From Octopus sinensis (Eukaryota): a stretch of 64,000 nucleotides of DNA. The stretch is taken from NCBI RefSeq assembly GCF_006345805.1, contig NC_043002.1, forward strand, positions 11,594,001 to 11,658,000. The letters run 5' to 3'. Each line of letters begins with the position of its first letter. Position 1 is the first letter of the stretch. This document shows, piece by piece, positions 1-12,900 of this stretch. The notes beneath the pieces are model-generated. The model had not been told where the DNA came from. It worked only from the letters and a program-made list of their open reading frames with translations, and searched no databases. Both the position numbers and the translations under genes were made by a program.

Positions 1-230
1 AGTCGCATCTTGTCCTTGCCCTCGAAACCGCGGAGTAGATGAAGCAGGGACAACGGAAGAAGGGGAATATTCTTTATGTTGCATGTCTCGCTTGTCTGTT
101 TGTTTTTTTTCGTTGTTCGAAAAAAAATTTCGTTTCTATGTTTTTGTTTTTATGTTTTCGTCTCTCATTGTGGTCAACGTTTTTTTTATGTCCTGTACCC
201 ATATATGCATGTATATATACATATATATGT
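1..230. repeat. Interspersed repeat fragment, homologous (inverted) to ~13960-14260
   Basis: 1-26 AGTCGCATCTTGTCCTTGCCCTCGAA matches the reverse complement of TTCGAAGGTAAGGACAAGACGCGAC (~14130-14155); similarity continues through the T-rich segment. Confidence 0.7.
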
Positions 231-276
231 AGGTATGTACATATATGTATGTATATATGCATATATTTATATACTA

Positions 277-312
<36 letters not shown>

Positions 313-543
313 TGTATGTATGTATGTATAAACGCATTATCTAGGTAAACGTATATAAGTGTATATATCAGGAAGGGAGAATGCCAGACCACACAATTCT
401 CTGATAAACTTTCTTAGGTTCACCAGGTAATGATTTCACATAAACCACACAGCACTGCTGACCTGGGGCTAAAAGAATGACGACGTTTTCAACTTAGTTT
501 CTCTATTTTCGTTCCATTCTATATTCAGAAAGCACCAAAACAC

Positions 544-578
<35 letters not shown>

Positions 579-939
579 ACATAGAAGCTGCAATATATTC
601 AGATTTATATATCGACAAGTTTCTGCAAGCAATCCCAGATAAACCGTTCACATAGCGATATGTCTTCCGTGTGTACAACCTCTTGCTTGACTGGGCAGAG
701 GAGATGACATTTACATATCGCGTTTCATAATCAGTTGGTGCGGTATTGATGTGAAGTTAGACATCAACTGAGCCATTGATGACTGAAACACCAAGAGATG
801 TCTGATGCGCGCACACATACACACACATGCTTCTCTACATATGTATGTACATACATGAAAATATCCATACACAAATTATATACATATAATCTATCTATTT
901 ATCTATATAACACACACACACATATATATATGCATATAT

Positions 940-987
<48 letters not shown>

Positions 988-1095
988 TATATATGTATAC
1001 AACATACATATATATATATATATATTGCATGTATATATATATATAAAATATATATATGTTTATATGTATGTTTCTATTTATTCATGTATGCCTGT

Positions 1096-1131
<36 letters not shown>

Positions 1132-1169
1132 TGTATGTATATATGTATATCTATATTTGTCTGTATGTA

Positions 1170-1209
<40 letters not shown>

Positions 1210-1246
1210 TGTGTATATATATATATAATATATATATATATCTATA

Positions 1247-2549
1247 CTAGCAGAGATACCCGGCGTTCCCGTGTTACATACAATTGAAGAATTAGACTTT
1301 TCTGTTATATTTTCTCTAATGAACTGGAGTATCTATGTTTCGAATTTCATCAAAATTGCAGATGAGGGTTATTTCCCTCTTTACACACCCCACAAAAATT
1401 GTAATCGTGCCACATATATCCCATACTACTGATTTTTATGCACATATTCCAAAATTCCAGTCTTATTGAACCTGATAAAAAGATTTTGCTCCTGAAAAAT
1501 GAAGGGCATAGAGCTCTAAAATATGAGAGTTAAGGCCCCTGTTGGGTGTGGGCATCTTAATGTCAACCAGACAAGTTGAATTGTTGAGAATCTTTTTTAC
1601 TTGGGTCTTATATCTATTGTTTGAATTTTTTTGAAATAGGGAATATATGTTCACTGGGTTTCTAAAAGAGAGCAAATCTACAGGAAACCAAAAGTCGAAT
1701 GACCACAATAAGCAGTCAGCTACCCTACCCTAGTTGTTACCACTCCCAATGTAGGATTCCTCACCATCCACGTGACAGGCACAGCTGTAAGATGCATTAC
1801 GAATCTATAGCAACTGGAAGGGCGTGACCCAACTGAAATAAACATTAACAATTGTGTGACGTGAGGGCTAAGGAGAATTGAAAGTTGGAGTTTGCAAATG
1901 ACCACTAAACTGATATGTAACTGGACAGAATAAATTTACAATCTATAAATGCCTTTGAATAACCAGTCATTCATCTGGGAAGGCCTTGACATCAATGTTA
2001 CCATCTGGGGACTATGTGTGACCGAGTGATAATAAAAAGACTGAAAGGAGGTCTGCAATCAAATAACTTTACTCAACACTTTGCAACTGAATCAGTGGAG
2101 ACAAAGATGCCTCTCATTTACTTGACAATTTATGCAGCACATTGCAGAAATCACAATGTAAGTGTATGCCAAAGCAAACTCTTACACTCTTGTACCATTG
2201 AATTACAAATAATGCTCAACTTTTATGCGCGGGTAACTCTACAGCTTCCAAGAGCACAACTGTATTCGTTTTTGCTTTGATAAAATGACAAAATTGTGGG
2301 TGTTAAGTCCCCATGAAGGGGTCTTTATAACTTGTAAGAAGATGAAATTTTATAAATATTACTTCATTTGTGTCTAATATCTATGGTTAAAATTTCCTCA
2401 ACAGCAAAAATATATGAATTGTCATGGGGTTATGGCCCTTATGCATAGAATATAATTTCCAAATTTCATAAAGATCTATTCAGTATTTTTGACCTAGTTT
2501 TGGATAAAAAAAAAATGACTAAAATTTGGGAGTTAAGGCCTCCATTAGG

Positions 2550-2593
<44 letters not shown>

Positions 2594-2600
2594 GTAGATA
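1247..2600 (-). mobile_element. Non-autonomous Helitron-like element
   Basis: On the minus strand it ends CACGGGAACGCCGGG-TATCTCTG-CTAG|T (GC-rich subterminal hairpin remnant plus CTAG) at 1247. The right end runs into TTTTATATATA/(GATA)n, typical of the 5' TC end; its exact position is uncertain. Confidence 0.6.
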
Positions 2601-2754
2601 GATAGATAGAAAGTTGATAGCTAGATAGATAGATAGCTAGATAGATAGCTAGATAGATAGATAGATATAGATATATACACACACACATACAAAGATAAAT
2701 TGATAGATACAACTGATTGGGCAAGCAAAAATATGAGACACAGTCTAGTGCTTT

Positions 2755-2945
2755 TTTTATGTTGATAAGCCTTGTACTTATTGTATTAGTTTGTTCTTGT
2801 GAAACCAGTAAGTTAACTGGATGTAAATAAATGAACAGCAGTGATGAGGGCGAAACATAGAGACAAAGACACGCACATACACTTACATATATACATACAT
2901 ATATATACGATTGATTTGTTTCAGTTCCTGTCTACGAAATCCATA
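2755..2945 (-). mobile_element. Decayed SINE-B fragment
   Basis: Degenerate matches to SINE-B body motifs (AAGCCTTGTACT; TTTCAGTTCCTGTCTACGAAATCCA). Confidence 0.5.
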
Positions 2946-2954
2946 TATATTGTT

Positions 2955-4320
2955 GCTGGCATCCTTTTTGTCTCGGGAGACAATGGAGTTGCGCATAAAA
3001 TAATCTAGTCTGGCTTTTACATTTCATGTCCTAATACATCTCCTGCTGTGGATGTGTAGTCCTATCCTGGACAAATACTCCCTCTGGCAGGTGCCGCAAA
3101 TGTAGCGAAGACTTTGCCTGGCTGGCTGTAATGTCATACTTTCTTGTTGACGTCTTTTCTTGTCTTTCCATTTCTCCACTCTATGTCACTTTTTGTGTTC
3201 CCTCTTTTACGGTACGTCGACAATCTCCACGGTTGCTGGCAACTGTTTCCCAGTTGGTAATATTGATGTTGCTGGCATTCATGTTCCTTTTGCAAACATC
3301 CTTGTATCGTAAGAACGGTCTTCCCATAGACCTAGTGCCCCTAGCAAGCTCTCCGTAGAGTATTTCCTTGGGAATTCTGCCATCTTCTATACGGCTAACA
3401 TGTCGAAGCCATCTCATACGTCTTTGTGTGAGGAGTGCAAACATGCTTGGTATTGCTGCTTGTTTGAGGACATCTTTGTTGCGGACATGATTCTGCCATT
3501 TAATGCGAAGGATTTTCCGGAGGCAGCGCAGGAGAAAGATATTTAGGCGACGTATGGCGTCGTACGGCGTATGTATGGCGTCCAAGTCTCACTTCCCTAC
3601 AGTAGAGTGCTAAGTACACATGTCTGGTAAAGCTTCATTTTCTGGTATGGGTCAACTTATTGTTGTCCCATGCCCGTTTGGATAGTTGGGCCATCACAGC
3701 AGCTGCCTTGCCAATGTGTATATTGAGGTCAGCATCAAGGGATAGGTTGTAGGTGACGGTAGAGCTAAGATAGGTAAACTTCTCCACTTGTTGTAGTCTG
3801 TGGTCTCCAATATGTATGTTTGGGATGTCCGATGTAGCCTGACCCATGATGTTGGTCTTCTTGAAGCTGATAACTAAGCCAAAGTCGCTACATGCTTGCT
3901 CAAAACAGTTGATGAGCATTTGCAGGGCTTCTTCTGTGTGTGATACCAGAGCGGCATCATTAGCAAATAGCACCTCCTTGATCAGGACGCTTCTGATTTT
4001 GGTCTTGACACGCAGACGCGAGAGATTGAACAGTTTCCCGTCACTTCTACTGTGCTGGAGAAACTCCATCATCTGATGCTGAAAGGCATGTGACAGCAGC
4101 AGCGAGAAGATGCCAAATAATGTAGGAGCAAAAGCACAACCTTGCTTTACCCCGTTTCTTATTTGGAAGGCGGTTGATGTTGAACCATTGTGCTGTATGG
4201 TGCCTTGCATATCATCATGGAAAGATTTGATGATCCTCAGCAGCTTTGGTGGACATCCGATTTTTGGAGCAGGATGAAGAGGCCTTTTCTACTTACCAAG
4301 TCAAAGGCCTTTGTCTTGTT
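2955..4320 (-). mobile_element. RTE-clade (BovB-like) LINE, 5'-truncated; RT domain to 3' end, frameshifted
   Basis: Translations include KAFDLVSRKGLF, GVKQGCAFAPTLF, VLFANDAAL (degenerate xADD), RRMRWLRHVSRIEDGRIPKEILYGEL, GRPFLRYKDVCK and SRIGLHIHSRRC. The 3' UTR ends CGAGAC...GGATGCCAGCAACAA. Confidence 0.95.
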
Positions 4321-4399
4321 ACAATGCTCGCAGGTAAAATTGCCAAAAATTGAGGAAGGGTTGTTTTATTTATGCTGCCTTCGCGTTATAGCTCTCTCT

Positions 4400-4662
4400 C
4401 TATAATTGAAATTCTTTCTTTGCCGAGCCGAGCCGAGCCGAGCCGAGCGCCATAGCGCTCACTGTGGTCTCGTGGCCGTGGACAGTGAGCCCAATGGCGC
4501 TCAGAGCTTTGCCCATGACACTCCATGAACCCTAAGTAAGGCATGTGTAAAATTTGAATGAATTTGGCTGCGTAGTTCTCAAGTTTTAGGGATTCACACA
4601 GACAGGCAGACAGACAGACAGACAGACATATACACATTCTCACTTTTATATATATAGAAGAT
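4400..4662 (-). mobile_element. Helitron-like non-autonomous element, 5' terminal portion
   Basis: The minus strand begins TC(TTC)TATATATATAAAAGTGAGAATGTG followed by (TCTG)n, matching the 5' architecture of invertebrate non-autonomous Helitrons. No 3' CTAG end is seen. Confidence 0.45.
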
Positions 4663-4720
4663 ATATATATACATATATATAATTTCACAAACACACCTAC
4701 ATACATACATGCACACATCG

Positions 4721-4765
<45 letters not shown>

Positions 4766-4981
4766 CATCCTGAATAATTACATAATTACACGCATACACA
4801 CTCAGACGCACGTACAAACGGGCACACCCCCCACATAGAATCATACACACTAATAAATTGATACGTACGCGACAGTGTCAAATATCTGCGTCAGTTGTAG
4901 TGAATAGATCAGATGAAAACTACATTCCCAAGGTTTTCTCAAAAACCGTGCCGAATCAACTCTTCCTAAATACGCAGCTTA

Positions 4982-5022
<41 letters not shown>

Positions 5023-5410
5023 GGAAAAATATTAACATATAAAAAGGTTCGGCTTACACAGAATTGAAATGATGTCAGGAATTAAGGTGGTTGAATAAGA
5101 GTAGTTTTACGAGTCCAATAGGTGGTCCGATATAATTATTGTAAATTGATTCCATCATGGGATAATACCAGCCACCGACTTCAGGGAAGAATTTTACATT
5201 TGAAGTGTGGACAGAAAGAAGATTATGTATGTATGTATGTACGTACGTACGTACGTACGTACGCACTTCTGCGTGTGTGTGTAATGATTGCTAATTTCTT
5301 AACAGGAGAAGGCTATCTATTCAATATTGTAAAGAGTGTCTGTTGACACGCATGTCTGCTTCACTTTCGCAATCTTTATTGCAAATATGACAAATAATTT
5401 GTCTCTACTG

Positions 5411-5693
5411 TTGACCCCAGCGGAATTTGAACTCAGAACGTAACGACAGACGAAATACCTATTTCTTTACTACCACAAGGGCAAACACGAAGGGACAAAC
5501 AACAGACAAGGACGAATACGACATTAAGTCGATTACATCGACCCCAGTGCGTAACTGGTACTTATTTAATCGACCTCTAAAGGATGAAAGGCAAAGTCGA
5601 CCTCGGTAGAATTTGAACTCAGAACGTAACGGCAGACGAAATACCGCTAAGCAATTCGCCCGATGTGCTAACGTTTCTGCCAGCTCGCCGCCT
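5411..5693 (-). mobile_element. tRNA-derived SINE-A, about 1.3 units
   Basis: Head GGCGGCGAGCTGGCAGAAAC, B-box-like GAGTTCAAATTC and core GGTCGACTTTGCCTTTCATCCTTT. Confidence 0.85.
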
Positions 5694-5874
5694 TCGGCAA
5701 TGAAAAACATCGTTCAACAAGTATTCTCTAAATTCAGTCTGTAAGCGGAACAATAGGAATATTCAAGATTCCTCTTAATTTCAGTATGTAACTCTATACA
5801 CCAATTTCGTTGACAGATTCTTTATGATTGTTAGAAAACAGCTTCTACGCCAGACGGGGAATCACACAAGATAG

Positions 5875-5897
5875 TTATATACACAAGTACATGCAAA

Positions 5898-5980
<83 letters not shown>

Positions 5981-6178
5981 ATATAATATATATATATTAT
6001 AATATATATATATATATATGTATATGTATATATGTGTCCTAACATTCTCGTACTCACGTGCACAAACGCATATGATTGGTTAAGCGGAATTAGTTTATCA
6101 GTGTGTGTATACATTTTTTTGTGACTCTTGCTACGTTTATGCAGACATATACGTGTGTGTATGTGTGTGTGTGTGTGT

Positions 6179-6221
<43 letters not shown>

Positions 6222-6669
6222 CGTGTTTTTGTGTTTGTATATGTGCATATGTGCATGTGTGTGTGCGTATATACGTGTGCAAGTGTGCGCGTGTGTGTGT
6301 GTGTCCGTGCGCGCGCGTGTGCGTACGTTATGTGCGTGCGTGTGTACATGTTCATTTGTGTGTGTGTGTGTGTGTATGTGTGTGTGTGTGTATACTACTT
6401 ATGTGTGTATACGTGTATGATCGCTAAAAAACTTATATGCAGATACCGACTCTCAGAGACACACGTACACACACACGCACACACTCACACACGCACATAC
6501 AAACATACACATGTATAGACACATCTAACTAGTTTGTACATTCGTACATATACATGCATACGTATATATATATACATATATATATATACATATATATACA
6601 TACATATATATATATATACATACATATACATACATACATATATACATACATACATACATACATACATAC

Positions 6670-6700
<31 letters not shown>

Positions 6701-6721
6701 CATACATATACATACATATAC

Positions 6722-6778
<57 letters not shown>

Positions 6779-6879
6779 AATATACATATATATATATATA
6801 TATATATACATACATACATATATATATATATACATACATATATATATATACATACATATACATATACATATATATACAT

Positions 6880-6930
<51 letters not shown>
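5875..6930. repeat. Compound microsatellite (CA/TA/TG/TACA)
   Basis: Directly visible; it produces the spurious CV/YI/TH ORFs. Confidence 0.95.
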
Positions 6931-6934
<4 letters not shown>

Positions 6935-7855
6935 ATGTGTATGCATCTGTAGCTATCTATATACATATGGATGCATTCCACACACAGATACGAACCGAGT
7001 CAGATTAATTTCCTGCTACTCTAAACCATAAAGTAAGAACATGTTTTATATCAATTGTCTCGGAGAAAAACTTTAATAGCAAAAAGGGGACTAACTGATA
7101 GCAAGGGTCCGCCCTTATCTTCACCCCTAATGTCTCTTATAATACACAGATTCAAAGAAAGACGTAATGACATCAGCAAAACATCACTCATAGTTCCCAT
7201 GAGGGTTAAAATATAGATTTGTTCCCATCAGCAATTTGAACTCTTATCCATCGTCTTTGATCCGTGGAAAGGGGTTGTGTATGTGGAAGGATTGGAAAGA
7301 CTGTGTGGAGGGAGAAGTGAGATGCTTGTAGGGTGGAGGGCGTTGAGTAGGATGTGGATGGTTGAATTGACAAAAAAGGGATTTGATAGGTAATCTATAG
7401 ATCTGATTGGCTTAAAAGAGCGCGGAGAATATCGAAGTTATAAGGAAAATAGATATGGTCAAAGTGATCGGATTGGAAGGGAAAGTACACACACACACAC
7501 ACAAGTGTATGAATATATATATATAATTACCAGATGCTATAGGCAGAAGGTGATAATACATAAACACTACATTGTGTTTGTTGAAATATGTAAACGCATC
7601 TATCTATCCATCCATCCATCCATCCATCCATCCATCCATCCATCCATCCATCCATCCATCCATCCATCCATCTATCCATCTATCTATCTATCTATCATCT
7701 ATCTATCTATCTATCTATCCATCCATCCATCTATCCATCTATCTATCTATCCATCCATCCATCTATCCATCTATCTATCTATCTATCCATCCATCCATCT
7801 ATCTATCTATCCATCCATCCATCTATCTATCTATCTATCTATCATCTATCTATCT

Positions 7856-7902
<47 letters not shown>

Positions 7903-8194
7903 GTCTATCTATCTATCTGTCTGTCTGTCTGTCTGTCTGTCTGTATGTCTGTCTGTCTACCTATCTATTTATTGTCTCTATCTGTCTATATGTATGTGTG
8001 AGTGAGTATATATGTATATGTATATATACGTGTATATATGTGCATGTATTTGTGTGAGTATATATTATATATATATAGGTATGTGTTTGTGTGTGAGTAT
8101 ATTATATATATATATATAGGTATGTGTATGTGTGTGAGTATATATATGTATGTGTATGTGTGTGAGTATATATATGTATGTGTATGTGTGTGAG

Positions 8195-8227
<33 letters not shown>

Positions 8228-8296
8228 CATACATATATATATATATATACATACATATATATATATACATACATATAAATATACATATATATACAT

Positions 8297-8345
<49 letters not shown>

Positions 8346-9078
8346 TGTATGTGTATGCATCTGTAGCTATCTATATACATATGGATGCATTCCACACACA
8401 GATACGAACCGAGTCAGATTAATTTCCTGCTACTCTAAACCATAAAGTAAGAACATGTGTTTATATCAATTGTCTCGGAGAAAAACTTTAATAGCAAAAA
8501 GGGGACTAACTGATAGCAAGGGTCCGCCCTTATCTTCACCCCTAATGTCTCTTATAATACACAGATTCAAAGAAAGACGTAATGACATCAGCAAAACATC
8601 ACTCATAGTTCCCATGAGGGTTAAAATATAGATTTGTTCCCATCAGCAATTTGAACTCTTATCCATCGTCTTTGATCCGTGGAAAGGGGTTGTGTATGTG
8701 GAAGGATTGGAAAGACTGTGTGAAGGGAGAAGTGAGATGCTTGTAGGGTGGAGGGCGTTGAGTAGGATGTGGATGGTTGAATTGACAAAAAAGGGATTGA
8801 TAGGTAATCTATAGATCTGATTGGCTTAAAAGAGCGCGGAGAATATCGAAGTTATAAGGAAAATAGATATGGTCAAAGTGATCGGATTGGAAGGGAAAGT
8901 ACACACACACACACACAAGTGTATGAATATATATATATAATACCAGATGCTATAGGCAGAAGGTGATAATACATAAACACTACATTGTGTTTGTTGAAAT
9001 ATGTAAACGCATCTATCTATCCATCCATCCATCCATCCATCCATCCATCCATCCATCCATCCATCCATCCATCCATCC

Positions 9079-9109
<31 letters not shown>

Positions 9110-9267
9110 ATCTATCTATCTATCTATCTATCTATCCATCCATCCATCCATCCATCCATCATCCATCCATCCATCTATCCATCTATCTATCTATCTATCC
9201 ATCCATCCATCTATCTATCTATCCATCCATCCATCTATCTATCTATCTATCTATCATCTATCTATCT

Positions 9268-9314
<47 letters not shown>

Positions 9315-9327
9315 GTCTATCTATCTA

Positions 9328-9390
<63 letters not shown>

Positions 9391-9616
9391 GTCTGTCTAT
9401 CTATCTGTCTATCTGTATGTGTGAGTGAGTATATATGTATATGTATATATACGTGTATATTTGTGCATGTATTTGTGTGAGTATATATTATATATATATA
9501 GATATGTGTTTGTGTGTGAGTATATTATATATATATATATAGGTATGTGTATGTGTGTGAGTATATATATGTATGTGTATGTGTGTGAGTATATATATGT
9601 ATGTGTATGTGTGTGA

Positions 9617-9655
<39 letters not shown>

Positions 9656-9700
9656 GTATGTATGTATGTGTATGAGTGTGAGTATATATGTGTTTGTATA
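6930..9700. repeat. Tandem duplication, period about 1.41 kb
   Basis: ATGCATCTGTAGCTATC occurs at 6941 and 8355 (offset 1414). About 650 bp of unique sequence is nearly identical, followed by parallel (CCAT)n/(CTAT)n/(CTGT)n/(TA)n tracts of different lengths. Confidence 0.95.
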
Positions 9701-9724
9701 TATATGTCTGTGTGCGCGCGCGTA

Positions 9725-11617
9725 TGATTGATTGATTGATTGATTCTAGTTTCAGCTTATGAGCTGTGACCATGCTGGGGCACCGCCATTTGGTGTTGCT
9801 ACTTGGTTTCACTTCATGAAGGCTTTCTAGCAACTGCTATTTGGTGCATGAGAGAGTTCGATGCAGCTGCCCTCATCTGCCCCTCCTGCCGTGAAGTTGG
9901 TTCATCTGGGACACCTGACAGGAAGAGATCCAGCTTCATTTTAAAGACATCTGCATCCACCCCATGCAGGTCTCTCAGGTTCTTCGGGAGGATATTGAAG
10001 AGCTGTGGGCCTCGGAAGCCCAGGCTATCACAGAATCTTGTCCTACATCTCGATGGCAAGTTTGGAGTCCTAGGCACCACGCAGTGGCGCCCAGTTCTGG
10101 CATTTGCGTAACTCTCGATGCCAAAGTTCAGGACACTTCCCTCCAGGATCTTCCAGATGTATATTATGGCATATCTTTCCCGTCTACGCTCCAGGGAATA
10201 TAGTTTTAATCTCTTGAGTCTTTCCCAGTAGCTTACATTCTGCATAGGGCTATCTTCTTCGTGTAGCTACGTTGGATCGCCTCGAGCTCTGTGATCAACT
10301 TGACACTGGATGGTGACCATAACTGAGAGCAGTAGTCAAAGTGGCTTAGGACAAGTGTCCTCCAGAGGACCATCATGGTTTCTTGTTCTCTTGTTCTAAA
10401 GGTTCTGAGGATCCATCCGGCCAGTCGTACATTTCATTGCCAATTTAGCAACATGTACGCGAAAGGTCGCGTCATCACTCATGTAAATACCTAGGTCACG
10501 CACTGATTGTGCCTCTGGGATTGCTATTCCTCCGGGTCCAGTGTATTCATTGGGTATTGCATTTAGTTTTGCATGCTGATAGTATAGAGCTTGAAACTTT
10601 TCAGCATTGAACTGCATGCTATTCTTTTCAGCCCACTTGTATATTTTGTCTAGCTCATATATTTTGTTTAGTGTCCTCAGGGTTCTGTATTGCCCGTGAA
10701 ACTTTTGTATCATCTGCATAACTTGTGATCGTGGCTCTCTGCGTGGCTGAGGGCAGTCTGAGAGGGCCATATGAACAGTAGTGGTCCCAGAACAGTGCCC
10801 TGCGGAACACCGCTCACTATTTGCGTGTGTTATGGAAGTGGCCCCATTGGCCACTACCACCTGACTTCTATCTTTCAGAAAGTCATGAAGCTATTCTCCC
10901 AGTTTTCCAACTATGTTGAGATCACGCAGTTTGTGACATATCATTCCATGATCGACTTTATCAAAGGCTTTGCAAAGTCGAGATATATCACTTCCACATT
11001 TGAGTGGTTGAGCAGCCGTTTCAGCACCTAGTCATAGTGTTGTAGGAGCTGAGTTAAACAGCTTCTCCCTGGTCGGAAACCATGTTGGGTGTCGGGCAGC
11101 AAGTCATTCTCTTCAAGGAAGGTGATCAGCTTCCTTCTGACTATTCGTTCCATGACCTTGCTGATGTGTGAGGTCAGAGAGATAGGTCTATAGTTCTTGG
11201 CTTCCGCTCTGCTACCTCCTTTATGAATGGGGCATATTTTACCTTCCTTCAGTTTTCTTGGCAGTTTCCAGCCAAGGGAAGCTCTGAAAGAGGAACTGCA
11301 GTGGTCTTGCTAGGACTCTCTTACATGCTTTTAGGAGGATTGCCGGGAATCCATCGGGGCCAGTAGCTGAGTCTGTTTTCATTTCATCTATAGCCTTGAT
11401 TACATCGTCTTCCTTTATATCGATGTAATCTATCGTCGCCGCCTGCTGATTTTATATCTGCAGTGGTAAAAAAGTCAGTTGGATTGGTGATTTGGAGATG
11501 CCCAAGGGTGGAGTGAAAACACTCTTGAATTGCTCATCAGTATTTCACTTACCCTCATTGGTTTCCTGTAAGTGTGCCATCCTTTTCGAGGAGTGGCCCT
11601 ATTCTACAGTGCACCGT
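9725..11617 (-). mobile_element. CR1/L2-group LINE, 5'-truncated; RT domain to 3' tail
   Basis: Translations include NYRPISLTSHISKVMERIV, QHGFRPGRSCLTQLL, LDFAKAFDKVDH, GVPQGTVLGPLLF, SYADDTK (YADD at ~10709-10720) and YWERLKRLKLYSLERRRERY...GPQLFNILP; (ATCA)n tail at ~9725-9745. Confidence 0.93.
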
Positions 11618-11695
11618 AGATATATATATATCATAAATATATATATATATTTATGTATGTGTGTGTGTATATATATATATATGTATGTGTGTGTG

Positions 11696-11749
<54 letters not shown>

Positions 11750-12191
11750 ATTATATATGTATGTGTGTGTGTATATATATATATATATGTGTGTGTGTAT
11801 GTGTGTGAATATATATGTATATATAAGCGTGCATAAAGATTTATACACGGAGAGAAGAGCCTTGACAGGAGTATAGAATTAACTAATTCTTTTATTCAGT
11901 CTGGTTCCCATTAACAGCGTGCCTTTTTAGCATGTAAGAAGTCCTGTCAAGGGTCTTCACTCCTTGTATAACTTTTTATACACTCTTATGTTTTATGTCT
12001 TACGGCTTTTATTAACCATGCGAACCACATATATAACATATATGTTCACAACGACCTCAAACCCACAAGTATAAACAAGAGAGACAGAGACAAGTAGAAA
12101 CAAGGAAAATGCCACTTGTATTTGAACACTATACAAATATTCTTTTAAAAAAACTTTTCTTATAATTTTTCTAAATTTAATTGTTTAATCG

Positions 12192-12250
12192 TTACAGTTG
12201 AAAAGGTCTCAAATGACTGAAACCGGTACTGATGACTGAAACCGGTACTG
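12192..12250 (+). ncRNA. Minimal type I hammerhead-like motif, U3-A8 core variant
   Basis: CAG | TTGAAAA | GGTC-tcaaat-GACT | GAAA | CCGG | TA | CTG; palindromic stem III ACCGGT; 19-bp tandem duplication at 12213-12231/12232-12250. Confidence 0.4.
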
Positions 12251-12299
12251 AAATGTTTTTTATAAAAATTATTTTAGCATTTTCTATCTTGACTTTTTT

Positions 12300-12339
<40 letters not shown>

Positions 12340-12346
<7 letters not shown>

Positions 12347-12900
12347 CAATTATAAACAAGGGCAACAGAGAAAAGATTTCTATGCCAATATGCGGAGAAT
12401 AGATTTTAAATCATCAATCACCACATTACAATATACATTCCCGATCATACTTTGAAATAACTAAACATGAACTATTATTAGAACTTACATACCATGTACA
12501 GGAAACTTCTGTACCACTTCTATACACCACTTTCCTCGAATAATGGAACTGCAACTACAATATTTTATATTTTATTTCTACTTTAATTTTCTTATTTCCT
12601 TCTATATTCCCTATCTCCTCATTTTCCATAATAATTTTTCTATTTCGAACTCACATATTTACCTCTATTTAACCATCTCACATCGTCTCTGATGAAGGGA
12701 TATCTATAATATCCCAGAAAAGCTGTAAGACTATGTCTAATGTTTTTTCTTATAATAAATGCCCTGAAACCTCGCAGCATGGCTTTGTATCTCCCTATAT
12801 ATATCTTATTATACGCGAGAAAGAGCAACAAGAATGGATAGGTTTTTAGTACAATCGTTTCATACAAGGAAAGGCTTTATTAAAGTTGTAAAAATTACAG
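12340..12900 (+). mobile_element. Probable Penelope-like element terminal (pLTR) remnant
   Basis: Inferred only from the embedded minimal hammerhead-like motif with palindromic stem III, which is characteristic of Penelope-like elements. No coding motif recognised. Confidence 0.35.
12685..12731 (+). ncRNA. Decayed minimal type I hammerhead-like motif
   Basis: GTCT | CTGATGA | A GGGATA-tctataa-TATCCC A | GAAA | AGCTG | TA | AGAC. Stem I (GTCT/AGAC) and stem II (6 bp) are intact; the C after GAAA is missing and the base of stem II is an A/A mismatch. Confidence 0.5.

Noticed and set aside
2014-2280. ORF inside the Helitron-like element as a helicase remnant
   Set aside because: No convincing Pif1 motifs, and it is on the opposite strand to the element's termini.
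2955-2990. RTE 3' tail as the donor of the SINE-C tail
   Set aside because: Only the terminal TGCCA-CAACA-like few bases agree, which is not enough to assign a partnership.
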